Source: a virus
Taxonomy: Duplodnaviria; Caudoviricetes
Reading direction: 5' to 3' (one strand)
DNA length: 63,794 nucleotides
Virus record (IMG/VR): IMGVR_UViG_3300048061_000324
Coordinates: 1-63,794 of that record
In this document: one piece after another, positions 1 to 9,468 of the stretch
Layout of the letters: the number at the start of each line of letters is the position of its first letter
How positions within the stretch are numbered: the first letter of the stretch is position 1
Made by a program: the position numbers and the translations under genes
The notes under the pieces: model-generated
What the model saw: the letters and a program-made list of their open reading frames with translations, nothing else
Told to the model about the DNA's origin: nothing
The model's database searches: none

Positions 1-321
1 ATGATTCTTTTTATCAAAGGTAAATTGTTTATTAAGAGCACCTCTGGTAGTCCATGTACTACTGCGATCACCAAACATTCCTTGTCCGGCATATAGTTCT
101 CTAGTCTTTTTTAACCAAGGTGTTTCATAAAACCCAATAGCATCAAACTTTCCGTATCCTTCTTGATATGATAATGCTTGTTTAATTATTGGTTCACATA
201 AATCTTTATCGTGTTTCTTTTTACTATATCTTTCACTATGTCCAGCAAAAACAATTTCACCATCTTCTACGACAGCCAATCCTGCGTCATGAAATCCTGC
301 ACTTACTCCTAGTGTTAACAT
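1..321 (-). CDS. O-carbamoyltransferase (NodU/CmcH family), N-terminal part; runs off the window edge
   Basis: Not in ORF track. Manual translation from ATG at 321 (TAATG overlap with upstream stop): MLTLGVSAGFHDAGLAVVEDGEIVFAGHSERYSKKKHD...FYETPWLK, matching the HD-x-A...ERYSxxKHD signature. Confidence 0.9.
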   Translation of the reverse strand, partial: MLTLGVSAGFHDAGLAVVEDGEIVFAGHSERYSKKKHDKDLCEPIIKQALSYQEGYGKFDAIGFYETPWLKKTRELYAGQGMFGDRSSTWTTRGALNKQFTFDKKNH

Positions 322-1325
322 TATGCTCTTCTCTCCAAGTCTAACGTGGCACAGTGATGACCTCCTCCTAGTGTACGACTATGTGTTAGTTGTACAGGAA
401 TAACTTCAAACTTTGCACGTTCTAATTTCTTAATTAACTTTGGTTGTCTAGGATCGACAACAACTGTTTTAGGATCAATGCTTAACACATTCATTCCAAT
501 CCAATTACTAGCATATGGATATTTGTGAAACTCCATATCCTCTACACTGTCAACCCAAATGCGTTTATGCTTCTTTAAAAACTTTGGTAACTGCGACGGC
601 TTAACTCTTTGTTTGTTAATTAAAAGAGTTGATTCGTTAAGTGCCGCGATAGTACTATCAATATGAGCATATGCATAAACGTCTTCCCATATATGAACTG
701 TATACTTGGAACCAAGTACTGTACTTAACCATTGAGCACCTGCGGCATTACCTGTTTGACTTTTTAAGTATAACAAGTCATTACCAAAACGCATTACGTT
801 AGCCGCATCAAAGATTGGAGTCTTCTCTGTAAGTTTACCATCTTCAAATACTTCGTGTACTGGTAGTGCGTGTCTTGGTGCACTAATCCACTTAACACCT
901 GACTTCATTGCTTCGTGTCTAATGTCACGGTATGCTTCTGTTTCATGAAACCTACTATGAAACAATACTGGTGTTTCAATTACAACGTTTCCTATTACAA
1001 GGATAACATCACGTGGGCAATAATTATAAAAGCCATCTGCAAAGTATCTGTATCCATGTACAGTTTGTTGAAAGTCTAATTGTCTTGGACGTAAAACTTC
1101 AACACCTAAATCTGTTAATACTTTTTCAAACTGTCGTAGTTCATGATCTGTTAGGTCTATTATATCTTTATTAATTGGTCCAACTGGCTGTGCAGTTTCA
1201 GTCCACTTGCTATGTTTAGCAACTTCATTAAAAACATCATCATACTTTGGAAACCTTGCTCCGTGAACATCTCCTAGTACAACCTTCTTTAATGGATCCC
1301 ATTCGTTATGTGATTCAATAATCAT
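321..1325 (-). CDS. Amidinotransferase (glycine/inosamine-phosphate amidinotransferase family, StrB1-like)
   Basis: SHNEWDPLKKVVLG N-terminus, YCPRD, FDAANV, HIDST and GGGHHCATLD give the Asp-His-Cys triad. Confidence 0.9.
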   Translation of the reverse strand: MIIESHNEWDPLKKVVLGDVHGARFPKYDDVFNEVAKHSKWTETAQPVGPINKDIIDLTDHELRQFEKVLTDLGVEVLRPRQLDFQQTVHGYRYFADGFYNYCPRDVILVIGNVVIETPVLFHSRFHETEAYRDIRHEAMKSGVKWISAPRHALPVHEVFEDGKLTEKTPIFDAANVMRFGNDLLYLKSQTGNAAGAQWLSTVLGSKYTVHIWEDVYAYAHIDSTIAALNESTLLINKQRVKPSQLPKFLKKHKRIWVDSVEDMEFHKYPYASNWIGMNVLSIDPKTVVVDPRQPKLIKKLERAKFEVIPVQLTHSRTLGGGHHCATLDLERRA

Positions 1326-2020
1326 TTGTAACTTCCCATTTTAAAACATTTTGTAATACTTGGATACTTCACGTGTTGTGGTGTTTTCTCTTTGTATTGA
1401 TCTAATTTAACTATACCAACTGCTGATTGCTCAGGGGACAAATAATAATGATATCCAACTTCTTCATACTGTTCCTTATCCCAGGGAGACACTTTTAGAT
1501 CTCTGCCATCGTACCTGGCACGAATAATCCAATCATATGCTTCTCTACTATCTAATAGTATAGCACCTCCTTTACCGATTGTCAATGGTTTTCCATTACC
1601 AAAACTCAAGCATTTAAAGGTTTCTTGTTCATACATATTGCGTTGTAATCTTCTAGCACTATCGTATATAGGCAAGTGTCCTAGTTTGTATTCACCTATC
1701 CATTTGTCTTCGTTAATAACAAATGATAAACCCAAACGTTCAAGCATCATAGGTATACTTAAATATGTTTGGTCTGGTATTTCAATATGAGGGATATGAC
1801 TTGGGTGTTTTCTTTTATACCATCTTATGCACAATTCGATTGCGTGTGTACAACAATCAGTTGTTACTACATATGGTGCTCCAGTATAATCAGCAAGACG
1901 TTTTTCAAATTCTCTTATAACATCATACGGATCATTCCAACCAACACCATAATCTTTTAACATCTCTAGGATGTCAAGATTAATAATGTCCTGTAATTTG
2001 TAAGGTGTATCTTGGTTCAT
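1322..2020 (-). CDS. DegT/DnrJ/EryC1/StrS-family PLP aminotransferase, short form; true start may be downstream
   Basis: FEKRLADYTGAPYVVTTDCCTHAI, YDSAR, SFGNGKPLTIGKGGAI (PLP lysine motif). Confidence 0.85.
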   Translation of the reverse strand: MNQDTPYKLQDIINLDILEMLKDYGVGWNDPYDVIREFEKRLADYTGAPYVVTTDCCTHAIELCIRWYKRKHPSHIPHIEIPDQTYLSIPMMLERLGLSFVINEDKWIGEYKLGHLPIYDSARRLQRNMYEQETFKCLSFGNGKPLTIGKGGAILLDSREAYDWIIRARYDGRDLKVSPWDKEQYEEVGYHYYLSPEQSAVGIVKLDQYKEKTPQHVKYPSITKCFKMGSYK

Positions 2021-2504
2021 AACCTATATTGCCTGCACTGTGTGGAACTCTTCCACGCCAAAGCACGGCTCCTCCTTTGTGCCAATTCATACTATATTGG
2101 TCTACTTCAAACATATGTCCTTGTTTTTTATCTTCTAAAAATACTAAACAACGTAACACATCATCACTACTTTCGATATGAAAGAGTTCTTTATATTTGT
2201 TATAGTGATCTGCGTGTGGTGGTAGTATGTCACCTGTTGTCATTTTATAGAATGTATAACCGCAGTCTTTCCATTCTAAAATTTTTCCAATGTCTTTTGC
2301 CCATTGTGGAATTGCTGACTGATCATTAAACATCATACCAGTAAAGTTATCATGCGTATGTCCAGCAGTTCTCCATTTTGCTAATTGCTCTAAGTCTCCG
2401 TAAGCAACTCGTTTATAATCAAAACTTTCAAAGTCTTTTGTTTCCCATACAGGATCAAGTTCCAGTGTATGATATTCTAAAGGACTAATCTCTTGTGTTG
2501 CCAT
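1980..2504 (-). CDS. Putative 2OG-Fe(II) dioxygenase / cupin-fold hydroxylase
   Basis: LPPHAD...PHSAGN...RYTLQITG fits HxD...H...R facial triad pattern. Confidence 0.7.
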   Translation of the reverse strand: MATQEISPLEYHTLELDPVWETKDFESFDYKRVAYGDLEQLAKWRTAGHTHDNFTGMMFNDQSAIPQWAKDIGKILEWKDCGYTFYKMTTGDILPPHADHYNKYKELFHIESSDDVLRCLVFLEDKKQGHMFEVDQYSMNWHKGGAVLWRGRVPHSAGNIGYEPRYTLQITGHY

Positions 2505-3633
2505 AATGTATTACTTTCACTTTTGGATCTTTGGCTGTGTATGTACGCCATGGATCGAAAACTATTGTTGCACTGTCGACATTAAAGTTATGGTCAGTTG
2601 GGTGAGTTATAACCATAACTTCAACTGCATGGTCGAAACCATTAACAATCATTCCACCCAACTTTCCAATATAGTGTTGAACTAGTAATGCATAAGATCC
2701 ATCAGTGTATGCTACTCCTGGCTTATATGTATCACTCGTAAAGCAAATTTGCTTTCCATGTTTTAATATTTCTTTTGCCATACGTTCGGCTTGTACTTCC
2801 CTACTTTTGGCAATCGCGTCGAACAAGTCATATCCTAAGTCTAATCGTTCCGCTAAATGTCTTAGGGCAATATTATCTCTAGGGTGACAAGGTCCACCAT
2901 CGCCCATGCCTGCTTTCATATAAGCGGCACTGGTAATTCGGTATCCTGCATTACTTAAACTATTTGTTACAACATCAACATTCATATTCCCAACACTTTG
3001 GGCAACGTCTTGAATCATATTAACTAGACTTAACCTTGCACTAATAAATGTGTTGTAAAATATTTTTGTTGCTTCTGCTTCTTCCCATGTACCAATATTA
3101 TAATGCGGATCATTCTCCATTACTGTTTTGTAAAATTTTACTAATGCTTTTGCATCAGTGTCGTTTGGTTTGTTGCCTCCAATGATAACCATATCTGGAT
3201 TTACCATATCCCAAGCAACTGTACCCATAGCAATTAAGTATGGGTTATAAATTAATCTTGCTTTATCTAATAAGCCTGCGAATTCTCTTCTTGTTGTTCC
3301 TGGAAGTACTGTACTAATTAAAACAACAATAGTATCTTCTGTTGCATATTTGTTAATTTCTTTTAAACATTCTTTAACAGGATCTAATCCAAAGTCTTTG
3401 TTTGGTAAATGTGTTATAGGAGTTTCTCCACCATAGTCTTTATGGTGTGGAGTTTGTACTGCAACAAAGACAAAGTCCTGTCCTACTACTGCTTCTTTTG
3501 GTGTCTTAGACACTCGTACAAGCCCACTAAAGCGTTCTACCTTGTCATACCCTGTAACTGTATGTCCTTTCTTAACTAACATCTCAGAACTAATCATTCC
3601 AAGTTTTCCTAAACCAAACCAACCTATTTTCAT
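2485..3633 (-). CDS. ugd: UDP-glucose/GDP-mannose 6-dehydrogenase family protein
   Basis: GLGKLG Rossmann motif, VAVQTP, STVLPGT, AEATKIFYNTF, GMGDGGPCHPRD with catalytic Cys. Confidence 0.88.
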   Translation of the reverse strand: MKIGWFGLGKLGMISSEMLVKKGHTVTGYDKVERFSGLVRVSKTPKEAVVGQDFVFVAVQTPHHKDYGGETPITHLPNKDFGLDPVKECLKEINKYATEDTIVVLISTVLPGTTRREFAGLLDKARLIYNPYLIAMGTVAWDMVNPDMVIIGGNKPNDTDAKALVKFYKTVMENDPHYNIGTWEEAEATKIFYNTFISARLSLVNMIQDVAQSVGNMNVDVVTNSLSNAGYRITSAAYMKAGMGDGGPCHPRDNIALRHLAERLDLGYDLFDAIAKSREVQAERMAKEILKHGKQICFTSDTYKPGVAYTDGSYALLVQHYIGKLGGMIVNGFDHAVEVMVITHPTDHNFNVDSATIVFDPWRTYTAKDPKVKVIHYGNTRD

Positions 3634-4835
3634 AATTCTAATACCTTTGTAATATGTTTTCTAATCTCACCTGTCCTAATTAAGTTACGATTGTGTATAA
3701 GGATTGGTTCCATATGTTTCTTTATTCTTTTTAATTCTCTATATGATTGATTACTGATGTCAATAATAATATCAAATACTTTATCCATTCTTTTAATGGG
3801 ATCAGTTTCTTCATCATAACTTTCATCCCAGAACTCGTGGAATGTTTTTGCTCCCCAATGTTTCAACAAGTCTAAACTATGTGTACCTGCTAATAATAAT
3901 ACAGGTGAGCCTTGCTTCATAGGGTTTAATGTTTTTTCACTTATTTGTCCCCAAGGGTATTCGTAGTTTGTTTCACATACTAAACTAGCAAACGAGTTCC
4001 AATAAGTATCTTCCAACGGATCAGAAGTAGTAATATTATTTATGGTTCCTACTTGAGGGTTTATATAATCTTTCATGCTTACTATTTGACATTCAGTATC
4101 TTCTTTTGTTAATGGCAAATGAGCCATAAGGTCTTTACAACCTTTGCTATAAGATTCAAAATGTTTACTGTTGTTTAATGGAAATTTTAAAAGTACATCA
4201 TCTGTTTTATGATAATGTGTAATAACACTGTCCTCTGGCATTATGTTATATAAGAAACTAACAGCCATATGTCTATGCTGATCCCAGCGATATGTGAAAC
4301 AGTTTATTTTATGATTAATTTCTTCTGGTAGACCATTGCTAGGTTCTCTGTTATAATGACAAGCGCCTAAACTAAAAGTGTCTAATGGGTATATTGCCCA
4401 GTCGGAATACTTTGTGTTTTGTAATTGTTCTAACATACGATACTCATTTGTAAATATTTTAAACTTACAGTTGTGCTTTTTACACCAGTTTTGTATCATA
4501 TCGAATTCATTGATGCTACAATCTTCTTGTATTAACCCGTCTGGGCAACTATACCTGGAGTGATTTTGCCATACTGATAATACTTCGTACAAAAAGAAAT
4601 ATACTGTCGTATGGTCTACAAAGTTAATACTTGAATCTGACCAAGATTCGAACCATTCACACGGACCGTCAAATATAAAATAAGGGGTTTTGATTTCTAA
4701 ACTTTGGAGTGATTCTGCTGTTTTTCGAAATCTTCCACGTGTGTCACTAAATTTAGTGATGGTTGACGTTGCATCAACTACAGAGTGGTTTATTGCTTTG
4801 TTAATGTTATTTATGTAAATTGAATTAAATTGCAT
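3630..4835 (-). CDS. Hypothetical protein, possibly glycosyltransferase-like C-terminal domain
   Basis: 401-aa ORF coupled to neighbours; C-terminal SLVCET...ISEKT...FWDESYD loosely recalls the 'E..TEK' motif of GT10-like enzymes. Confidence 0.5.
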   Translation of the reverse strand: MQFNSIYINNINKAINHSVVDATSTITKFSDTRGRFRKTAESLQSLEIKTPYFIFDGPCEWFESWSDSSINFVDHTTVYFFLYEVLSVWQNHSRYSCPDGLIQEDCSINEFDMIQNWCKKHNCKFKIFTNEYRMLEQLQNTKYSDWAIYPLDTFSLGACHYNREPSNGLPEEINHKINCFTYRWDQHRHMAVSFLYNIMPEDSVITHYHKTDDVLLKFPLNNSKHFESYSKGCKDLMAHLPLTKEDTECQIVSMKDYINPQVGTINNITTSDPLEDTYWNSFASLVCETNYEYPWGQISEKTLNPMKQGSPVLLLAGTHSLDLLKHWGAKTFHEFWDESYDEETDPIKRMDKVFDIIIDISNQSYRELKRIKKHMEPILIHNRNLIRTGEIRKHITKVLEL

Positions 4836-6183
4836 CGAACCAAGCCATATATTCGGGAAAAACTTCGCTAAAAATGGTACTTCTACGTTTATCGAGCTCT
4901 TTAGTATATACTTTAAAGTTCTGCTTATGATTATTACTATCTACTGTTTGTTGACTTCTCCAGTATTCAATAATACGTTCTAGTTTAGCAGTTTCACTAT
5001 TGTGCATTAACTCTACAATTTCCATCTGTTTCATATACTCAACTGTATTAGTCATGTATTCTTCAAATGTTTTATCTAGTATTTTAACATCCATCATCTC
5101 AGGATATCTTAAAAAAGGTATGTCAATGTACATACAATCTCTACCGTATTGTTTTCTTATTTCAACTAAATCTTTTAGAAAGTCTTTGAATGATGTTACA
5201 CTTAATGCATTGTAGGTACACATGAATGTAACTACAAACCTGTCTTCATTTTTAAATTCTTCTAATACACGTTTTACATTTTTTATAAACTTGTTATAAT
5301 CTAAACCATTTCTAATATACTCTGCTTTATTACCAAATGCTTCTGCACTTGTGTAAACTTCTAGTTTACGAACTTTGCCACTTGCTAATACTTTCTTTGC
5401 TTGATTAATAAACTTATCGAATAGTTTGTCCTCAACACAAAAGTTACTATTAATACCTAACAATAAATCTTTATTTGGTTTATCTGTTTCAATGATCCAG
5501 TCCATCATTTTAAATGTGTTCTTATTCATAAGTGGCTCGCCACCTGTAACACGGAACGTATGCAATGCTGGGTACAACTCAGGCCACCATTCCCAAAATG
5601 CTTCTACATATGGATTGTGTTCTCTTTCCGGTATAGGCATTCTGCCTCTGCGTTCTGTCCATGTTATGTCGTTGTAATTGTCTGAGGTGCTAAAGCCTCC
5701 ATGTTGTTTTACTTCTTGCATCCACGCACTACTGATAGCCGGACTGCAATACATACATTTAAAATTACAAGCATAACCAAAACTTACTTCTACATAACTT
5801 GGTTGAAAGTTTGTACTCCAATCATTATTTTTAATTGTATCAAAGTGTTTGTTACTCCAACTAAATGCACTCTTTAAATGTCTGTCACTTAAAGCATTTG
5901 GATCTGCATCTTCAACTCTCCAACAGTAGTCACATTCTTTAGGTCTACCACCTTCGAGCATTTCTTTACGTTGTTGTTTTTTATATATAGAGTTGTGTAG
6001 TGAACTAGGGTCTAGTTTAATTTCGTCAACTGGTACTTGGTGTACCGGTGGGTGATGACAACTATGTGCAGTTCCATTTTGTAAGTTAAGTGTAAGTTGT
6101 GTCCACTTTGCTAAACAGAATCCAGGACCTACTGCATTCAGTTTGGCTTTCATTTCATGCGGATCTGTTCCGGTAAAACTCAT
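4825..6183 (-). CDS. Radical SAM protein with N-terminal Cys-rich (twitch/SPASM-like) segment
   Basis: CNFKCMYC (CxxxCxxC), TGGEP; N-terminal CLAKW...CHH...CDYC. Confidence 0.9.
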   Translation of the reverse strand: MSFTGTDPHEMKAKLNAVGPGFCLAKWTQLTLNLQNGTAHSCHHPPVHQVPVDEIKLDPSSLHNSIYKKQQRKEMLEGGRPKECDYCWRVEDADPNALSDRHLKSAFSWSNKHFDTIKNNDWSTNFQPSYVEVSFGYACNFKCMYCSPAISSAWMQEVKQHGGFSTSDNYNDITWTERRGRMPIPEREHNPYVEAFWEWWPELYPALHTFRVTGGEPLMNKNTFKMMDWIIETDKPNKDLLLGINSNFCVEDKLFDKFINQAKKVLASGKVRKLEVYTSAEAFGNKAEYIRNGLDYNKFIKNVKRVLEEFKNEDRFVVTFMCTYNALSVTSFKDFLKDLVEIRKQYGRDCMYIDIPFLRYPEMMDVKILDKTFEEYMTNTVEYMKQMEIVELMHNSETAKLERIIEYWRSQQTVDSNNHKQNFKVYTKELDKRRSTIFSEVFPEYMAWFDAI

Positions 6184-6887
6184 TACGAATAATCTTCTTT
6201 AAGTATATCCCAAGTATCATAAGGCCCTTTGACTTGATGCCATTTATCTCCAGGGTTTGTCATTTTGTCTGCTAATGGTTTATCGTTTCCATTAACATGA
6301 ATTCTGTCTCCAAAGAATATCATTGGTGTCCCAATAATATCATATACTTGTGCTTTGTTCTTTCCTTTTAGATGAATATCTATACTAGTGTTACCACCTA
6401 GTTCTGCTTCAAATCCTGGAAAAGTTTCGTTAAACATTTCACAAATACTAACACGTTCATTATTTACTTTGTCCCATTCATAATAATCATCACGTTGTTG
6501 CCCTACGGCATTTCTTCCTACAGTACTAAAGTTTATTAACCCTGTACGTTTTTCAATATGAAGTCCATACTTGTGTTTATATTTACTGAAGTCTACTTGT
6601 TGTTCTAACCATGTGTCCATATCTTCTGGAGCATTAAGGTTACTACTCGAAACTTCAATACCATTACGCCATACACTGTTACCTGCACATTGAAATACCA
6701 TTGTACAGTTGTCTACGATCTCGTGTCCTATTTGTTCTATTGTTTTAGGTCTATCACTACCTGTAACAATAAAGACACTTTTGTTTTTCATCCAGTTTAA
6801 GAACCAGAGTCTAAAGTCAACAGGAATTACTTGCCTACTTTCAGACAAGGTTCCATCTACGTCAAATACATAATTTACACGGTCCAA
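6183..6887 (-). CDS. HAD-IIB phosphomannomutase (eukaryote-type PMM family)
   Basis: FDVDGTL, VTGSD, IEKRTGLINFS, GGNTSIDI, FFGD...GND motifs; TTG start. Confidence 0.85.
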   Translation of the reverse strand: MDRVNYVFDVDGTLSESRQVIPVDFRLWFLNWMKNKSVFIVTGSDRPKTIEQIGHEIVDNCTMVFQCAGNSVWRNGIEVSSSNLNAPEDMDTWLEQQVDFSKYKHKYGLHIEKRTGLINFSTVGRNAVGQQRDDYYEWDKVNNERVSICEMFNETFPGFEAELGGNTSIDIHLKGKNKAQVYDIIGTPMIFFGDRIHVNGNDKPLADKMTNPGDKWHQVKGPYDTWDILKEDYS

Positions 6888-7036
6888 CTTTTCAACTGCT
6901 CCTTTGTTGGTTTCATTGGTTCAAGTTTTTCTATCTTGCCACCCTTCTCTAAAAACTTTTTCATTCGTTCATCTAGTTTTCTTTGAAGTTCAGCAGGTTC
7001 TGGTTTTGTATAATCTTTTTGTTTATTATCTATCAT
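6875..7036 (-). CDS. Small basic protein (53 aa), SutA RNAP-binding-domain-like
   Basis: Not in ORF track; ATGA overlap with RLP stop; MIDNKQKDYTKPEPAELQRKLDERMKKFLEKGGKIEKLEPMKPTKEQLKSWTV. Confidence 0.7.
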   Translation of the reverse strand: MIDNKQKDYTKPEPAELQRKLDERMKKFLEKGGKIEKLEPMKPTKEQLKSWTV

Positions 7037-8169
7037 TGTGTTACACTGTCTATTGCTTTTCTTAATTTTAATGCTCCGGCTTTCATACCGTCTGGGTGTT
7101 CGTGAATTGCTCCACCAACATTTGCCATATAGTCAACACCGAAGCGTCTTGTTATTTCTGGAATAAGTTCTGCTGTCATACCACAACTTAAAGCAGGCAC
7201 TACATTGTTGTTACTTAACATATGCATTGTGCTTCGAAGTTCATTTTCATCATCACTTAGATATCCGCCCCACATACCTGTATGGATTGTATCTACTCCA
7301 CAGATACTTGCTAACTTACATAACACATACCAACTAATACGATATGCATTCTTTGTACTGCTTATTACTTTGTCGCCTGACTTCTGATAATGTATATACA
7401 AAGGTAAGTTTAATTTGTTAATACTTTTATAAGATCCGTGTCCACTCCAGAAGTTAACGTGTACTCCATTACCTCCGCCATCTGCAACCATTTTGGCTCT
7501 ATCTAGCAAGTGCAAAGGATCACTATTAATACAATAGCAATACACAACGTTTGTTCCTGCTAACACCCGCTGTATGACGTCTATGCGAGTCTTAAGGGGT
7601 AAACAAGCCGGGTTTGCCATTATCTCATCTTCTTTAATAAAGTCAACTCCGCCTTCTACGAATGCAGTAACAATTTCAACTAATGCTTGTTCTGTTAGTC
7701 CTGTCTTAGGTTTAACAATACTACCTAGTAATGGTTTGTTATAATTGCCTGTAAGTTTTCTAAATCCTGATAATCCGTAACGTGGTGCAACTGCATCACA
7801 TAATGAAAAATCGATATCTAAATCTAATAGTTCACATCTGTGAATATAATCGATGTCCATTTGTCCACCCATTAACACACAAAGTAATTGTGCTATTCCA
7901 TCAGTTTCCCAGTCAATAATTCTATAGGGCCAAGCAATTTTAACTATGCCTGTGTTCTTTCCTATAAAGTCTGCTGGCTGTCCAATAATCTTTGCTGAGT
8001 ATTGTTCAATCAACTCTGGTGTTTCATATTCATTTCTTACACTAGGGTTACCTACACTTTGCCCGACTGCTAATCCAAATGCCGCCTTGTTTAAGTCGTT
8101 ACCTTCTAGTTTGTATGTTACTGTAAAGTATTCCTTGGGATCTACTTCACTCACGTATATATCAAGCAT
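7033..8169 (-). CDS. RuBisCO-like protein (form IV RLP)
   Basis: IVKPKTGL (K175/K177), GGVDFIKEDE (carbamylation motif), IH (H294), ALSCGM, GGAIHEHPDG; loop-6 K334 position reads GGYL. Confidence 0.92.
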   Translation of the reverse strand: MLDIYVSEVDPKEYFTVTYKLEGNDLNKAAFGLAVGQSVGNPSVRNEYETPELIEQYSAKIIGQPADFIGKNTGIVKIAWPYRIIDWETDGIAQLLCVLMGGQMDIDYIHRCELLDLDIDFSLCDAVAPRYGLSGFRKLTGNYNKPLLGSIVKPKTGLTEQALVEIVTAFVEGGVDFIKEDEIMANPACLPLKTRIDVIQRVLAGTNVVYCYCINSDPLHLLDRAKMVADGGGNGVHVNFWSGHGSYKSINKLNLPLYIHYQKSGDKVISSTKNAYRISWYVLCKLASICGVDTIHTGMWGGYLSDDENELRSTMHMLSNNNVVPALSCGMTAELIPEITRRFGVDYMANVGGAIHEHPDGMKAGALKLRKAIDSVTQ

Positions 8170-8186
8170 AATGTATTGTACCTTCT

Positions 8187-8516
8187 TTATTCTTTAATGT
8201 CAAACATATATTTGTCATCTGTGTCACAAATATCTCTAACTACTGTTAATTCTACATCGGTTAAGTATTCAACTTGACTAACTTCATATGGGTATAATAT
8301 AAAAATGTCGCCTTCGCTAAATATTTGTCCGTTAATTTTTACTTTTCCTTTTCGCATACAGTTGATCTCTGTACCTTTTTTATGAAAGTGATCCTGATGG
8401 AATTCACCTTTTTTGTGTCTGTGAATACCAACTTCAAAGTTTGCCTTAAAAGCCGTAGGTTCAAAGTTACCTACAAACCATCCACCTTTCATATCATCTA
8501 ATTTAAATTTCTTCAT
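8187..8516 (-). CDS. Cupin-domain protein
   Basis: GWFVGNFEP; HFHKKGTEIN (HxH...E metal motif); GDIFILYP. Confidence 0.8.
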   Translation of the reverse strand: MKKFKLDDMKGGWFVGNFEPTAFKANFEVGIHRHKKGEFHQDHFHKKGTEINCMRKGKVKINGQIFSEGDIFILYPYEVSQVEYLTDVELTVVRDICDTDDKYMFDIKE

Positions 8517-8797
8517 TTATGTTCCTCTAACAAGTTATATTCATATAACTCTTTTGGTGTATTAACTATAAGCATATCAGGATCGTGTACATCCATAAAC
8601 TTAACTTCGTTAACGTAAACTTTACACATATCAGTTAGTTCAGGATAGTCTAATATTAATTCATTATCTAATATTACAGTATCAAAGTTTCCTACTTCAA
8701 GTGTTCTTTGTAAAACACTTCTGCCATTACAGGCAACAACTGCGATTGGGTAATCCCAACCTATCCACTTATCGTTTGATACAGATAGTTTGCCCAT
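8513..8797 (-). CDS. Hypothetical protein
   Basis: 94-aa ORF overlapping both neighbours in operon orientation. Confidence 0.55.
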   Translation of the reverse strand: MGKLSVSNDKWIGWDYPIAVVACNGRSVLQRTLEVGNFDTVILDNELILDYPELTDMCKVYVNEVKFMDVHDPDMLIVNTPKELYEYNLLEEHK

Positions 8798-9468
8798 CCT
8801 TTATGTCCTTCATCTAATGTGTGTCCACCTGTGCCACAGGGCCAGCCTTGACTTTTTGTCATGTCAATAAAACTTGGCATAATGTAATTAACATCTTTAA
8901 GCCATTCGCTGTCTGGTTCGTCAAGTGCAAACGTTTGTATTAATTTTACTTTTAAACTTTTTGCAATTTGTTGTAAGTTCCACATACGTTCAAACTGCAT
9001 TTGTTTTCTACTTTCAGTTCCTAGTGTTGTTGTATACAGTTTATGCATTTTATTAATTGTGTCAACTAACATAGGATCTAAATTCATTTCATCGTTACCT
9101 GGTATATGTCCTGGTATGTTATAACATACATTATGATAAGGTATATACTTTGCACCTTGCCAATCCACTGGTAACTCATCACGTTCAAACGTTGTCCAAC
9201 AAACAACAACAAGTAATTCTGCACCTGGATGTTTATTACACCATTCACGCATAAAACGTATTGTGCGTCTTGCTATTCTGTTCCCACTTGTTCCACGCAT
9301 TGCTTCATTTACAACTGCTGGTATACTTAACTTATCTGCAAGTAGTTTGGGCCAACTGTTACGCAATCTGTATGTAGGTGTGTCATCATTATAAGGTAAT
9401 CCTAATTCATCACCTTCGGTCCAACTATCACCATTTGCATACAAACATTTAATCATCCACGCCACCAT
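8761..9468 (-). CDS. SGNH/GDSL-hydrolase-like protein
   Basis: YANGDSWTEG block I; NEAMRGTSG; C-terminal GHTLDEGH. Confidence 0.75.
   Translation of the reverse strand: MVAWMIKCLYANGDSWTEGDELGLPYNDDTPTYRLRNSWPKLLADKLSIPAVVNEAMRGTSGNRIARRTIRFMREWCNKHPGAELLVVVCWTTFERDELPVDWQGAKYIPYHNVCYNIPGHIPGNDEMNLDPMLVDTINKMHKLYTTTLGTESRKQMQFERMWNLQQIAKSLKVKLIQTFALDEPDSEWLKDVNYIMPSFIDMTKSQGWPCGTGGHTLDEGHKGWANYLYQTISG

Noticed and set aside
1-2504. Complete saxitoxin or streptomycin biosynthetic cluster
   Set aside because: Only shared tailoring families; no SxtA-like PKS, inositol dehydrogenase, resistance or export genes in the window
7033-8169. CO2-fixing RuBisCO as an auxiliary metabolic gene
   Set aside because: Only 378 aa, loop-6 K334 replaced, no small subunit or PRK nearby; it is a form IV RLP
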